A stretch of 64,000 nt of DNA from an uncultured Candidatus Binatia bacterium (GCA_965221155.1 OZ244869.1:1541308-1605307), one strand, 5' to 3'. Shown: positions 9,551 through 19,276, counted from the first letter of the stretch. Made by a program: numbers and translations. Notes: generated from the sequence alone by a model not told the origin.

Positions 9551-9621
9551 TGAAGCCCGAATTTAGCCAAATACCGTCCCCGGGCATCTCTCAATCACGC
9601 CGCTCTCCAAAGGCCCGCTCC

Positions 9622-10230
9622 TCACAGCACGAACGGCATGGTGGCGGCCAGCAGCACGCTCTGGTCCAGCAGCATGGTGCGCTTGCAGATCTTCCATCGG
9701 CCGTCCACCTTGCGCAGCACGTCCTCGCGTTTGCCGGCGAAGATGTCGGTGCTGTCCGCGAGCTTGTTGCGGTAGATCAGGATCCGGTACTTGACGCTGA
9801 CCTCCTCGGGGTCCTCCAGGCTCGGCGTGGCCTGTATGGCGTGGACGTTGGAGATCAGGCGGGAGACCCGCGGCGACGGCTCCTCCGCCCAGTGGACTCC
9901 GGAGGTGATCTGCTTGATCCGCAGCCGGAGGGTGGACTTGCCCTCGTCGAACCAGTTCATGTCCCGGCCCTGGCGGGTGTTCTCCGTATCCCAGTGGCCG
10001 AATTGGACGTTTCTCCGAATCGGGACCCAGTACGCGACGTCGTCGGTCAGGAGATCCAGCCACTCCTCGTAGCGGCGCTCGTCCAGCAGATCCGCCTCGG
10101 CGCACAGAAACTCGTGCACCTCCTGAGCCAAGAGCAGGTAGGCCAACCCCTTCCCGCCGGCGTCCGCAGCCGGATATCCCGTCGTTTCCCGTTCACGGGC
10201 TTCGGCCGGCGTCGTCCTACGCCTTGTCAT
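9622..10230 (-). CDS. aromatic ring-hydroxylating dioxygenase beta subunit
   Basis: 202-aa ORF; SnoaL-like small-subunit pattern (EVHEFLCAEADLLDERRYEEWLDL); overlaps the alpha-subunit gene end. Confidence 0.75.
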   Translation of the reverse strand: MTRRRTTPAEARERETTGYPAADAGGKGLAYLLLAQEVHEFLCAEADLLDERRYEEWLDLLTDDVAYWVPIRRNVQFGHWDTENTRQGRDMNWFDEGKSTLRLRIKQITSGVHWAEEPSPRVSRLISNVHAIQATPSLEDPEEVSVKYRILIYRNKLADSTDIFAGKREDVLRKVDGRWKICKRTMLLDQSVLLAATMPFVL

Positions 10231-11566
10231 TCATGAGCTCCGCCCAGCGCCCGTAGAAGGCCCGGGCGCCTTCCTCGGAAAACGACGCCTTCACGGTCAC
10301 CGCATCGGGGAGATTCGCCACCGGCTCGGCGAAGCCCAGGCCCATGCCGTAGTTGTAGGGGTAGCGGCGGGCGATGGTGCCCCGGCTGGCCTCGGTGGCG
10401 TAGACCCAGTTGTCCATGTCGTCGGACTCCACCATGCCCGCCGGACCGGAGAACCGCATGTAGTAGTGGCGCAGCAGGTCCTTGACCTCCCAGGGCGCGT
10501 CCTTGTCCACCAGGTACCAGCGCCAGGCCTCGGTCCGCGCCGGGCCAACGGGATGCCACACCACCATGGTCCGTGGAAACCAGGGGTGGAACGCGGTGTT
10601 GGGAAAGACGTTGCCGTTCCCGGGGGTCACCGTGACCTTGCCCTTGAGCCGCTCCCGCCGCCTGGCCTCCACCTCCTTGAAGTACTCGGCCACCAGCGGG
10701 TCGTTGGGAAATTCGGGGAACAAAGCCTCGGCCCCCACCTCCGGCGGCCCGGTGATGGTGGCGTGGCCGAGCGCGGGGAACGCCAACAGTCCGCTGGTGA
10801 ACCGTTTGGCCTGTTTGCGGTGGACCGAGCCGTGGCGTTCCTGTCCTTCGCCTCCTGGTCCCAGCCCGGCGATCTCAGCGGACTTGTGGGTGGTGGGACT
10901 GTGGTACGTATCCCAGGCGAAGTTCTCGGCGGCGAACTTCCAGTTGCACGGCATCCGCCACCGGACCATCCCGCCCAGCACCTCCGAGCCTCCCTCGCTG
11001 CCGTCACGCGCGTCCAGCAACGCATCGAGGTACAGGCGCATGCCGCCGAGGTATTCGGAGAACGACGGCGCGGACTCGTCCCATGTGGCCCAGATGGTTC
11101 CCTTGTAGACTTCCATCTGCGCCACGTGGATCAGCCCCCACTCGGACTTGTCGAGTTGCTCGCGGTAGCCCGCGCGGTACTGGGGAACGCCGTACAGGTC
11201 GCCCGGCGTCTTCACCAGCCCGCCGTCCGTGGAGTAGCTCCAGCCGTGATAAGGGCAGGTGAACACTGCGGTGTTGCCCTGATCGTAGCGGCAGACCTTC
11301 ATGCCCCGGTGCCGGCAGGTGTTCAGCAGCACATGGATTCCGCGCTGCGGATCCCGCGTGACGATGACCGACTCCTCCCCCATGCGGGAGAGAAAGAAAT
11401 CGCCGGGCTCGGGGATCTGGCTCTCATGGCCCACGAGGAGCCATGTGCGCGCGAAGATCTGCTCCAGCTCGGACCGGTAGATGTCCTCGTTGACGAAGAT
11501 CTCGCGGCTGATAGTGCCCCGGTCCAGGTCGACCCACGTCCCGTTCCGTTGTTTGTCGTTGCCCAC
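10217..11566 (-). CDS. Rieske aromatic ring-hydroxylating dioxygenase alpha subunit
   Basis: 449-aa ORF; Rieske CxH...CxxH (CRHRGMKVC...CPYHGWSY); mononuclear iron catalytic domain. Confidence 0.9.
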   Translation of the reverse strand: MGNDKQRNGTWVDLDRGTISREIFVNEDIYRSELEQIFARTWLLVGHESQIPEPGDFFLSRMGEESVIVTRDPQRGIHVLLNTCRHRGMKVCRYDQGNTAVFTCPYHGWSYSTDGGLVKTPGDLYGVPQYRAGYREQLDKSEWGLIHVAQMEVYKGTIWATWDESAPSFSEYLGGMRLYLDALLDARDGSEGGSEVLGGMVRWRMPCNWKFAAENFAWDTYHSPTTHKSAEIAGLGPGGEGQERHGSVHRKQAKRFTSGLLAFPALGHATITGPPEVGAEALFPEFPNDPLVAEYFKEVEARRRERLKGKVTVTPGNGNVFPNTAFHPWFPRTMVVWHPVGPARTEAWRWYLVDKDAPWEVKDLLRHYYMRFSGPAGMVESDDMDNWVYATEASRGTIARRYPYNYGMGLGFAEPVANLPDAVTVKASFSEEGARAFYGRWAELMNDKA

Positions 11567-11598
11567 GACGCCTCCGGGGTGCGTTTGATTTGCTTGAA

Positions 11599-11697
11599 AT
11601 GGCGTCCTTCGACTTCGCTTCGCTACGCTCAGGACGAACGGTTGGTGGCATTTCCCGTTCGTCCTGAGCGTAGCGAAGCGAAGTCGAAGGACGCCAT
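11599..11697. repeat. perfect inverted repeat with 43-bp arms and a 13-nt loop
   Basis: arms 11599-11641 and 11655-11697 are exact reverse complements (GGCGTCCTTCGACTTCGCTTCGCTACGCTCAGGACGAACGG ... CCGTTCGTCCTGAGCGTAGCGAAGCGAAGTCGAAGGACGCC); lies between the MFS gene stop and the dioxygenase alpha start. Confidence 0.9.
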
Positions 11698-11788
11698 CAT
11701 CACAGTCTCCCCTAATGGAAACAGCGGAAGCCGCGGGTTGTCAAGAAGCGCCGCGTCACCGGACTCTGCCCTCACCGGCGGCCGCCGC

Positions 11789-13024
11789 TCAGGCCCGCAC
11801 CTTCCGCAGGCTTGGCATGCACAGCACCACCACGGCGGCCAGGGCCAGCACCATGGCCCCCATGCCCACTACGGTGTAAGGGGCGCCGATGAAGTGGGCG
11901 CTGACCCCGGCCATCAGCGCTCCGGCGGGCGTGATGCCACGGTCGAGCATGTAGATGCTCATGACCCGGCCGCGCAGTTTGTCGGGCACCGTCATGTGCA
12001 GCACCATGTTCGAGATGGACATGAACAGAACCTGGAATCCGCCCACCACCACCAGAGTCAGCAGTGCCAGCGGCAGGGTGCGCATCAGCGCGAACAGGAT
12101 GAGGAAGACCCCCTGCAGCACCAGCGCCGCGATCATGAGGAGCCCGGGCCGGTTCACCCGGTTGGCGAAATGGGCGACGCTCAGCATGACCAGCATGGCC
12201 CCGAGGCCCGGCGCCGCCATCATCATGCCGAGGCCCTCCGGTCCCACCTGCAGCACGTCCTTCTGGAAAATGGGCATCAGCGCCTGGTACGGCATGGCGA
12301 ACAAGCGGGGGACCATGGCGGTGGCCAGGATGGCGAACACCACGGGCTCCGACCAGACGTAGCGGATGCCTTCGCGCAGGTTGCTGAGCACCGACGAGCG
12401 GGTGGCGTCCCGGACCCGCTCCGGAATGTGCATCTCGTAGATCATCCACATGACGAAAAGGTAGGTGGCGCTCTGGATGTAGAAGTTTCCCGCCAGCCCG
12501 AACACGGCGATGAGCACCCCGCCCACGCTGGGGCCGATGATCTTGGTAAAGTTGAAGGCCGCGGAATTGAGGGCCACGGCGTTCATCAGCTCCGCACGCG
12601 GTACCACGTCGGGGATGAGCGCCTGCCGGACGGGTTCGCTGAACGACCACACCACGCCGGTCACCAGCGTGAACGCGAACAGGTGCCAGACCTCCAGCAA
12701 CTCCAGGCTCACCACCACGCCCATGCCCAGGGCCGTCACCAGCACGAACCATTGTGTGGTGATCATGAGCTTGCGCCGGTCCGTGCGGTCCGCGGCCACG
12801 CCGGCCAGCGGGCTGAAGACGAGGAACGGCAGGAACCGCAGACCGTTGAGCGCGCCCAGCAGGATCGACGAGCGCGTCATCTCGTAGATTGCCCACCCCA
12901 GGGTGACCTGCTGGATCCACAATCCGCCGCTGAGGAAGCAGGTGCCGGCCCACAAGTAACGGAAATCCCGGTTGCGCAGCGACGAGAAGGTGCTTCGGGA
13001 GCCTGTGTGAGTGGCTTGGTCCAT
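11789..13024 (-). CDS. MFS transporter
   Basis: 411-aa ORF; 12 predicted TM segments; MFS N-terminal RxxxW motif (RNRDFRYLWAG). Confidence 0.8.
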   Translation of the reverse strand: MDQATHTGSRSTFSSLRNRDFRYLWAGTCFLSGGLWIQQVTLGWAIYEMTRSSILLGALNGLRFLPFLVFSPLAGVAADRTDRRKLMITTQWFVLVTALGMGVVVSLELLEVWHLFAFTLVTGVVWSFSEPVRQALIPDVVPRAELMNAVALNSAAFNFTKIIGPSVGGVLIAVFGLAGNFYIQSATYLFVMWMIYEMHIPERVRDATRSSVLSNLREGIRYVWSEPVVFAILATAMVPRLFAMPYQALMPIFQKDVLQVGPEGLGMMMAAPGLGAMLVMLSVAHFANRVNRPGLLMIAALVLQGVFLILFALMRTLPLALLTLVVVGGFQVLFMSISNMVLHMTVPDKLRGRVMSIYMLDRGITPAGALMAGVSAHFIGAPYTVVGMGAMVLALAAVVVLCMPSLRKVRA

Positions 13025-13082
13025 ACGAATGCGGAGCGGGATGCGCAGGGCTTTCGGTTGTCCGCGGGGCGCAACGACGAGT

Positions 13083-13110
13083 TGTAGGGTGGGTTGAAAA
13101 CCCGCCCGCG
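13083..13110. repeat. REP-like palindromic element, family A (degenerate copy)
   Basis: TGTAGGGTGGGTTGAAAACCCGCCCGCG; intergenic between the MFS start and the modC end. Confidence 0.6.
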
Positions 13111-13179
13111 CCGGCAGGAAGGAGCGGTCCGCTCCGACTCACTGCACCACCCATTATCCCCGTTGGGCCGCTGCCGCAA

Positions 13180-14322
13180 TCAGTCCGAAGGGTCGCCGTC
13201 TCCCGGTGCGCTGCCGGAACCGGCCATGGCCGCCACCAGGCTCAGTTGGCGCCGGTCCAGGTTGGCACTCTTGATGAGGGCGTACACCTCCTGCCCCGGC
13301 GCCAGGGCCAACTCCTGGACGGCCTGCCGCGTCACCCGGGCCGCCAATGCCGCGTCGCCGATGCGCAGACTGAGCTCAACCAGGGAACCGCCGTCCTTGC
13401 CACGGCCGATCTCCGTCAGGGTTCCCTTGAGCACGTTACGCAGGCTCAGTCCCCGCGGCGCCTCCGTCGCCACGCTGACGTCTCGTGCGCGGATCCACAC
13501 CCGCACGGCCACGCCCGCGGGAATGTCCACCAGGGGAACCCGCAACTCGCCGCCGCGGAAATCGAGGTGCGTGAGCCCGGCCGCGGCATCGTGCCGGGCG
13601 ACCCGGGTGGCCAGCATGGTCCCCGTCTCCGTTTCGTCTTCCGGCGACCAGAGCTCCAGCCGGCTCAGGATCTGGTCGACCCCGCCCGACGCGGTCACCC
13701 GGCCCTCGGACACCAGCACCAGGTTCCGCGCCAGCCGCGACACCTCGTCGAGGGAGTGGCTCACGTAGAGGATGGGAATGCCCATCTCGTCGAGACGCTC
13801 AAGGTAGGGCAGGATCTCGTTCTTCATGAGCACGTCGAGAGACGCCAGGGGTTCGTCCATCAGGAGCGCCCGGGGGTTGCTCAACAGCGCCCGGCCCACG
13901 GCCACGCGCTGTTTCTCGCCGCCGGAGAGGGAGCGCGGCCGGCGCCCCAGCAGCGCCTCCAGGTCGAGCAGCTCAATGATCTGGTCCAGGGTCAGGTAAC
14001 GCTCGGCCGCGGCCGTGAAACCCCAGCCGTAGAGCAGGTTCCGCCGCACGGTCAGATGGGGGAACAGGCGCCCTTCCTGGAAGACGTACCCGATCCGGCG
14101 CTTCCAGGGGGGCAGGTCGACGCCCGTTGCGCTGTCGAACACGACGTGGCCGTCCACCTCGATGCGGCCCTCGTCGGGTTTCAGGAGCCCGCTCACCATG
14201 TTCACGATGGAGGTCTTGCCCGAGCCGGAACGGCCGAAAAGGGCCGTCACACCGTGGTCGCTGCTGAACCGGGCATCGATGCGGAAGTCCCCGAGCCGCC
14301 GTTTCACGTCGACTTCAAGCAT
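13180..14322 (-). CDS. modC: molybdate ABC transporter ATP-binding protein
   Basis: Walker A GRSGSGKTS, ABC signature LSGGEKQR, C-terminal TOBE/Mop domain; start taken at MLEVDV. Confidence 0.85.
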   Translation of the reverse strand: MLEVDVKRRLGDFRIDARFSSDHGVTALFGRSGSGKTSIVNMVSGLLKPDEGRIEVDGHVVFDSATGVDLPPWKRRIGYVFQEGRLFPHLTVRRNLLYGWGFTAAAERYLTLDQIIELLDLEALLGRRPRSLSGGEKQRVAVGRALLSNPRALLMDEPLASLDVLMKNEILPYLERLDEMGIPILYVSHSLDEVSRLARNLVLVSEGRVTASGGVDQILSRLELWSPEDETETGTMLATRVARHDAAAGLTHLDFRGGELRVPLVDIPAGVAVRVWIRARDVSVATEAPRGLSLRNVLKGTLTEIGRGKDGGSLVELSLRIGDAALAARVTRQAVQELALAPGQEVYALIKSANLDRRQLSLVAAMAGSGSAPGDGDPSD

Positions 14323-14388
14323 GTGAGTGTCCTGTCTCACAAGAATTCCCGCGCAGTTTCATAACCCTGTTCATGAGACAGGACACCA

Positions 14389-15087
14389 CTATCCCAGCGT
14401 CTTTCGGGCGACGTAACGGCCCAGCATCTCCGACGCCACCAGCGCCACGACGGTGACCAGGACGATGATGATGGTGAGACGCATGGCGCCGGGCTCGCCC
14501 CCGGGCACCTGAAGCGCGGAATGCACCGCCAGGGACAACGTCTGGGTCTCGCCGGGGATGTTGGAGACGAACGTGATGGTGGCGCCGAATTCCCCCAGGC
14601 TTCGGGTGAAACCGAGGATGGCGCCCACCACCATGCCCGGGAGGCACAAGGGCAGCGTGACCGTGAGGACCGTCCACAACCGGTTGGCGCCCAGGGTGGT
14701 GGCGGCGGACTCCAGGCGCCGGTCGATGGCTTCCAGGGAGAGCCGGATGGGTCGCACCATCAGCGGAAAGGCCACCACCGCCGCGGCCACCACGGCGCCG
14801 ATCCAGCGAAAGGCGAACACCAGACCGAAGGTCTCTTCGAGCCATGCGCCCACCAGGCCGCGGCGCCCGAGCAGCACGAGCAGCAGGTATCCGGTGACCA
14901 CCGGCGGCAGCACCAGCGGCATGTGCAGCAGGGCGTTCAGGACCTCCTTGCCCCAGAACCGGTAGCGCGCCAGCACGTACGCGGCCACCGCCGCCAGGGG
15001 GAGGCTGATGGCCGTGCTCCAGGCGGCGATGCGGACACTCAGGCGAAGGGCCTCGATCTCGGCGGGGCTCAGGGACCACATGGACAC
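14389..15087 (-). CDS. modB: molybdate ABC transporter permease
   Basis: 232-aa ORF; 5-6 TM; ModB-like N-terminus (LSPAEIEALRLSVRIAAWSTAISLPLA). Confidence 0.85.
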   Translation of the reverse strand: MSMWSLSPAEIEALRLSVRIAAWSTAISLPLAAVAAYVLARYRFWGKEVLNALLHMPLVLPPVVTGYLLLVLLGRRGLVGAWLEETFGLVFAFRWIGAVVAAAVVAFPLMVRPIRLSLEAIDRRLESAATTLGANRLWTVLTVTLPLCLPGMVVGAILGFTRSLGEFGATITFVSNIPGETQTLSLAVHSALQVPGGEPGAMRLTIIIVLVTVVALVASEMLGRYVARKTLG

Positions 15088-15091
15088 AACA

Positions 15092-15955
15092 CTATGGCTT
15101 CCGCGCCGTGAAACCGCGGGCCTCGAAGACCGACCGGGCCTTGGGAGACCACAGAAAGTTCAGGAACGTCTCGGCCTGCGGATGGGTGCTGGCGGCGGGG
15201 ATGGCCACCGTATAGTGGATGGGCGGGTGCGCGTACTCGGGGAAGGTGCCCACCACCGCCACCCTGGGGTCCGCCTTGGCGTCGGTGACATACACGATGC
15301 CGTAAGGCGCCTCGCCACGTGCCACCAGCGCCAGCGCCCGGCGCACGTCGGCGGTGCCGGCCACGCGCCGCGCCACCGCCTGCCAGACCTTGAACGTCTC
15401 CAGCGCCGCCTTGGCGTATTGCCCCGCGGGGACGTGGCTCGGGTCGCCCATGGCAAGCCGCCCTTCCCCCAGCAGGCGCGCCAGGGGGAAGCGGGAGTGG
15501 ATGGCCACGGGAGCGGTGTGGGCCGCCGGCGCCACCAGCACCAGCCGGTTGCCGAGCAGGTTGCCGCGGGTCCCGGGCCGCAGCCATCGCCCGCGCTCCA
15601 GCCGGTCCATCCACAGCGGACTTGCCGATACGTAGATGTCCGCGCCCGCGCCGCGTTCGATCTGCCGGGCCAGGGCGGAACTGGCGGCGAACGAGACCGC
15701 GACCCGCGCCCGGCCCGTCCGTTCGAATCGCCGCGCCACGGCGTCGACGGTGCCCTGAAGGCTGGCGGCAGCGAACACCAGCAGACGCTCGCCCGCCACG
15801 GCCGGGCCGGCGAACGATGCCGCCAGCAGCAGGATGCCCGCGAGGACACACCTGCGCCCCAGCCGCGTGGCCCTTCGGTGGCGATCCCGAACGAGGCAGT
15901 GGCCCGGGCGCGGGCGGGTTGGAAACCCGCCCCTACACTTTCTCATCGGGGCCAT
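15092..15955 (-). CDS. modA: molybdate ABC transporter substrate-binding protein
   Basis: ModA-like mature region (LLVFAAASLQGTVDAVARRFE...VSFAASSALARQIERGAGADIYVSA); signal peptide; the start is uncertain because a REP copy lies inside the 5' extension. Confidence 0.7.
   Translation of the reverse strand: MAPMRKCRGGFPTRPRPGHCLVRDRHRRATRLGRRCVLAGILLLAASFAGPAVAGERLLVFAAASLQGTVDAVARRFERTGRARVAVSFAASSALARQIERGAGADIYVSASPLWMDRLERGRWLRPGTRGNLLGNRLVLVAPAAHTAPVAIHSRFPLARLLGEGRLAMGDPSHVPAGQYAKAALETFKVWQAVARRVAGTADVRRALALVARGEAPYGIVYVTDAKADPRVAVVGTFPEYAHPPIHYTVAIPAASTHPQAETFLNFLWSPKARSVFEARGFTARKP
15912..15937. repeat. REP-like palindromic element, family A (inverted orientation)
   Basis: GGGCGGGTTGGAAACCCGCCCCTACA. 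Confidence 0.7.
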
Positions 15956-15992
15956 GGAGGGTTTGCAGCGATTGGTCAGAGCTTGCATAGGT

Positions 15993-16024
15993 TGTAGGGG
16001 CGGGTTTTAAACCCGCCCGTGCCC
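15993..16024. repeat. REP-like palindromic element, family A
   Basis: TGTAGGGGCGGGTTTTAAACCCGCCCGTGCCC; between the divergent modA and amidase genes. Confidence 0.7.
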
Positions 16025-16159
16025 ATTTTTACTTGGCATTTTGTCGTCTATAATACCACACGGTCGATGCCTCTGCGGAAAAGCGCCGGAAACGGCACGG
16101 CGCGTCGGACTGGGCCGCGAACCCGGGTGACCGGCGCCTCGCGCTACGGAAAGGAGCCC

Positions 16160-17518
16160 ATGGCTGGACGAAAAGTTCCCTACGATCCCGCAACTGCCAC
16201 CCTCTTGTGCTACGCATCCGCGGTTCCCGCCTTTCTCGACGGCGGCGATACGCCACGGGCCTATCTGGAGCGATGCCTGGAAACTATCGAGGCGCTGGAG
16301 CCGGAGGTCAAGGCGTTCGTCCGGATGAACGTGGACGGCGCCCGCGAGGCCGCGGATGCGGCCACGGCGCGTTACAAGGACGGCCGGCCCCTGTCGGTGG
16401 TGGACGGCATGCCCATGGCCATCAAGGACGTGCACGAGACCGAGGACATGCCCATGGAGGTGGGCAGCCCGGTGCTCAAGGGCTGGCAATCCGGGTGGGA
16501 CGGCGCCGCGGTCCACTGCCTGCGCAAGGGCGGCGCGCTGATCCTGGGCAAGACTGTCACCACGGAGTTCGCCTTCGCCGCGCCCGGTCCCACCCGCAAT
16601 CCATGGGACGTGTCACGGACCCCTGGGGGCTCTTCCAGCGGCAGTGCCGCTGCGGTGGGCGGGCGCATGGTGCCGGCGGCCACCGGCACCCAGGTGCGCG
16701 GCTCGGTGCTGCGGCCGGCGGCCTACTGCGGAACCTATGCCATCAAGGCCTCCTATGGCGCCATCAATACACTGGGAGGCTTTCCGTCGGCGCCTAGCCT
16801 GGCTCACCTGGGAATTCTCGCCGGCACGCTGGAGGACATGTGGAGCACGGCCTACTTCATCTCCCGCACCGCCGGCGGGGACCCGGGCCATCCGAGCCTG
16901 GCGGGGGAGCCCTCGCTGCCCGCGGCGGCGAAACCGGGCCGGGTGGTCCGGCTCGAATCCGCCGGATGGGATGTGACCCCCGATGAAACCCGGGCGGTCT
17001 TCGAGGCATACATGGAGGCGTTGCGGTCCAAGGGCGTGGAGGTGATCGGCCGGGCCGACGACCCTGAGGTGGAGGCGCTGGAGCAGAAGCTCCGGGAGCT
17101 CCCCGAGGTCATCCTGCTGATGCTGACCTATGAAGGGCGCTACCCGCTGGCGGTCTACGCCGACCGCAGCCCGGAGCTCCTGAGCGAGCGGGTGCGGGAA
17201 CGGGTGGAGGCGGGCCGGGGCCTCAAGCCCGACGAATACGCCCGGGCGCTGGACTGGTGCCGGGACTTCCGCCGGCAGTGGGAGGCCATGGCGGTACGCG
17301 CCGATGCTTTCGCCACCCTGAACTCCATCGACGCGGCGCCCGTGGGAATGCCGGTGGGCAACTCGATATACGGCGAGGCCTCGTCGGTGGTGGGCGCGCC
17401 CGCCCTGAACCTGCCGTTGCTCGAGCTCGAGGACATGCCGCTCGGGGTTCAGTTGCTCGGGTTCTACCGCAGGGACTGGGAACTGGTGGGCGTCGGACGC
17501 TGGCTGGCCGAGCACTGA
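16160..17518 (+). CDS. amidase (amidase-signature family)
   Basis: GGSSSGSAAAV signature, catalytic K...S-cis-S; GGAAAGGAG RBS before ATG at 16160. Confidence 0.85.
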   Translation: MAGRKVPYDPATATLLCYASAVPAFLDGGDTPRAYLERCLETIEALEPEVKAFVRMNVDGAREAADAATARYKDGRPLSVVDGMPMAIKDVHETEDMPMEVGSPVLKGWQSGWDGAAVHCLRKGGALILGKTVTTEFAFAAPGPTRNPWDVSRTPGGSSSGSAAAVGGRMVPAATGTQVRGSVLRPAAYCGTYAIKASYGAINTLGGFPSAPSLAHLGILAGTLEDMWSTAYFISRTAGGDPGHPSLAGEPSLPAAAKPGRVVRLESAGWDVTPDETRAVFEAYMEALRSKGVEVIGRADDPEVEALEQKLRELPEVILLMLTYEGRYPLAVYADRSPELLSERVRERVEAGRGLKPDEYARALDWCRDFRRQWEAMAVRADAFATLNSIDAAPVGMPVGNSIYGEASSVVGAPALNLPLLELEDMPLGVQLLGFYRRDWELVGVGRWLAEH

Positions 17519-17575
17519 GCCGCGTCCGCCGGGGTCGGTCTTTCGAAAGGTACTTCGTAGTCATACGGTCTTGTC

Positions 17576-19276
17576 GTGAAAGTCCTCGTCAGCATTCTCA
17601 CAACCTTTCTCGAAGCGCCGGAAACCCGGCGCAACCTGGGCGTCCTGTTCAAGTTTCTCGGCGTCCTCCTGGCCATCATCGTGGTCTACGCGGTCGTCTT
17701 CCACGTCATCATGGTCAGCGTGGAAGGAAAGGACCATTCCTGGATCACGGGGTTCTACTGGACCCTGACGGTCATGAGCACGCTGGGTTTCGGCGACATC
17801 GTGTTCGACAGCGACATCGGCAGAATCTTCAGCATTCTCGTCCTGGTGTCGGGCATCGTCCTGCTGCTCATCCTGCTGCCCTTCACCCTCATCCGCTCCT
17901 TCTACGCGCCGTGGCTGGAAGCGCAGATACGGGGCAGCGCGCCACGCCAGGTACCGAAAGACCTGACGGGCCACGTGGTCATCTGCGGTTACGATGCGCT
18001 GGCCACGGGTCTGGTGGAGCGGCTGGCCCTGTACGAGATTCCCTACTGCCTGATCGAGCCGGACGTTGCCGAGGCCGCCCGCAAGCACCGCGAGGGCCTG
18101 TCGGTCATCACCGGCGACGTGGACAGCCGGGAGACCTACGTGAATCTGCGGGCTCCGGACGCGCGGCTGATCCTGGCCAACCTCGGCGACGCGGTGAACA
18201 CCAACATCACCATCACCGCCCGGGACGTGGCCCCAACGGTTCCCATCGTGGCCACCGTCGAGGCCGAGGACTCCATCGACGTGCTGGAGTTGAGCGGCTG
18301 CACCCACGTGCTGCCGCTGCACCAGCAACTGGCGGAACGCCTCGCCAACCGCATCAACGCCGGCCATGCCGAGGTACACGTCATCGGAGGCATCCGGAAC
18401 CTGCGCATCGCCGAGTTCGCCGTGCACAACACGCCGTTCGCCGGCCGCACCATTCGCGAGACCCAGATCCGGGAAGCCACCGGAGTGGAGATCGTCAGCG
18501 TGTGGGAGCGCGGCAAGCTGCTGCCGGCCCGGCCCGACACGTACCTCTCCAATTCCAGCCTGCTGGTGGTGGCGGGCACGGAGCAGCAGATCCTGGAGCT
18601 CAACCTGCTGTTGGTAATCTACGACATCAACTACAATCCGGTGCTGATCATCGGCGGCGGCAAGGTCGGCCGCGCCACCGCCAGGGCCCTTAGACGCAAG
18701 GATGTGGAGGTGCATCTCATCGAGCGCAAAGAAGCCTTGCGGCCGCGCATCGGCGAAATCCCCACCCGGCTCTTCCTCGGCGAAGCCGCGGACCGGGACC
18801 TGCTCATGGAGGCGGGTCTCAGCAATACCCCCGCGGTGGTGCTGTCCAGCAGCGACGACGCCATGAACATCTATCTGGCCGTCTACTGCCGCCGCCTCAA
18901 CCCCGAGGTCCTCATCCTCAGCCGCATCACCCACCCCCGGAACCTAGAGGCCATCTACCGCGCCGGCGCCGACTTCGCCCTCAGCTACACCTCCCAGGGC
19001 GTCGAGGACATCTTCGCCCAACTCCACGCCCGGGAGCTGCTGGTCATCGGCGAGGGCGTCGAGCTCTTTGTGGTGCCCGCGCCGTCCTCCCTCGTGGGTC
19101 GGGAACTCGGCCGTTGCGCCGTCGCCGAGCGCACCGGCTTAACGGTCGTCGGCGTCCAGCAGAACGGCACCGTCGTCACCAATCCCCCGCCCTCCACGTC
19201 GTTGCTCAAGGGCAGCGAGCTGATCATGCTCGGGAGTACCGAGCAGCGGCAGGCGTTTGCCAGGGATTTTGGGTGA
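17576..19276 (+). CDS. potassium channel with tandem RCK (TrkA-N/TrkA-C) gating domains
   Basis: two TM helices plus pore helix; selectivity filter TLGFGD; two Rossmann RCK domains (VVICGYDALA..., LIIGGGKVGRA...); GTG start. Confidence 0.85.
   Translation: MKVLVSILTTFLEAPETRRNLGVLFKFLGVLLAIIVVYAVVFHVIMVSVEGKDHSWITGFYWTLTVMSTLGFGDIVFDSDIGRIFSILVLVSGIVLLLILLPFTLIRSFYAPWLEAQIRGSAPRQVPKDLTGHVVICGYDALATGLVERLALYEIPYCLIEPDVAEAARKHREGLSVITGDVDSRETYVNLRAPDARLILANLGDAVNTNITITARDVAPTVPIVATVEAEDSIDVLELSGCTHVLPLHQQLAERLANRINAGHAEVHVIGGIRNLRIAEFAVHNTPFAGRTIRETQIREATGVEIVSVWERGKLLPARPDTYLSNSSLLVVAGTEQQILELNLLLVIYDINYNPVLIIGGGKVGRATARALRRKDVEVHLIERKEALRPRIGEIPTRLFLGEAADRDLLMEAGLSNTPAVVLSSSDDAMNIYLAVYCRRLNPEVLILSRITHPRNLEAIYRAGADFALSYTSQGVEDIFAQLHARELLVIGEGVELFVVPAPSSLVGRELGRCAVAERTGLTVVGVQQNGTVVTNPPPSTSLLKGSELIMLGSTEQRQAFARDFG

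Noticed and set aside
10466-13087. 873-aa plus-strand ORF spanning the Rieske dioxygenase and MFS genes
   Set aside because: Antisense shadow ORF typical of high-GC DNA. Its product is low complexity (Gly/Arg/His/Pro-rich) with no motifs, and it overlaps two well-supported minus-strand genes and the 43-bp-arm inverted repeat.
15950-16160. Molybdenum-cofactor (Moco) riboswitch upstream of modA
   Set aside because: The location is plausible for such a riboswitch, but I could not recognise the conserved Moco RNA elements by eye, and the region is largely occupied by two REP copies. A covariance-model scan is required.
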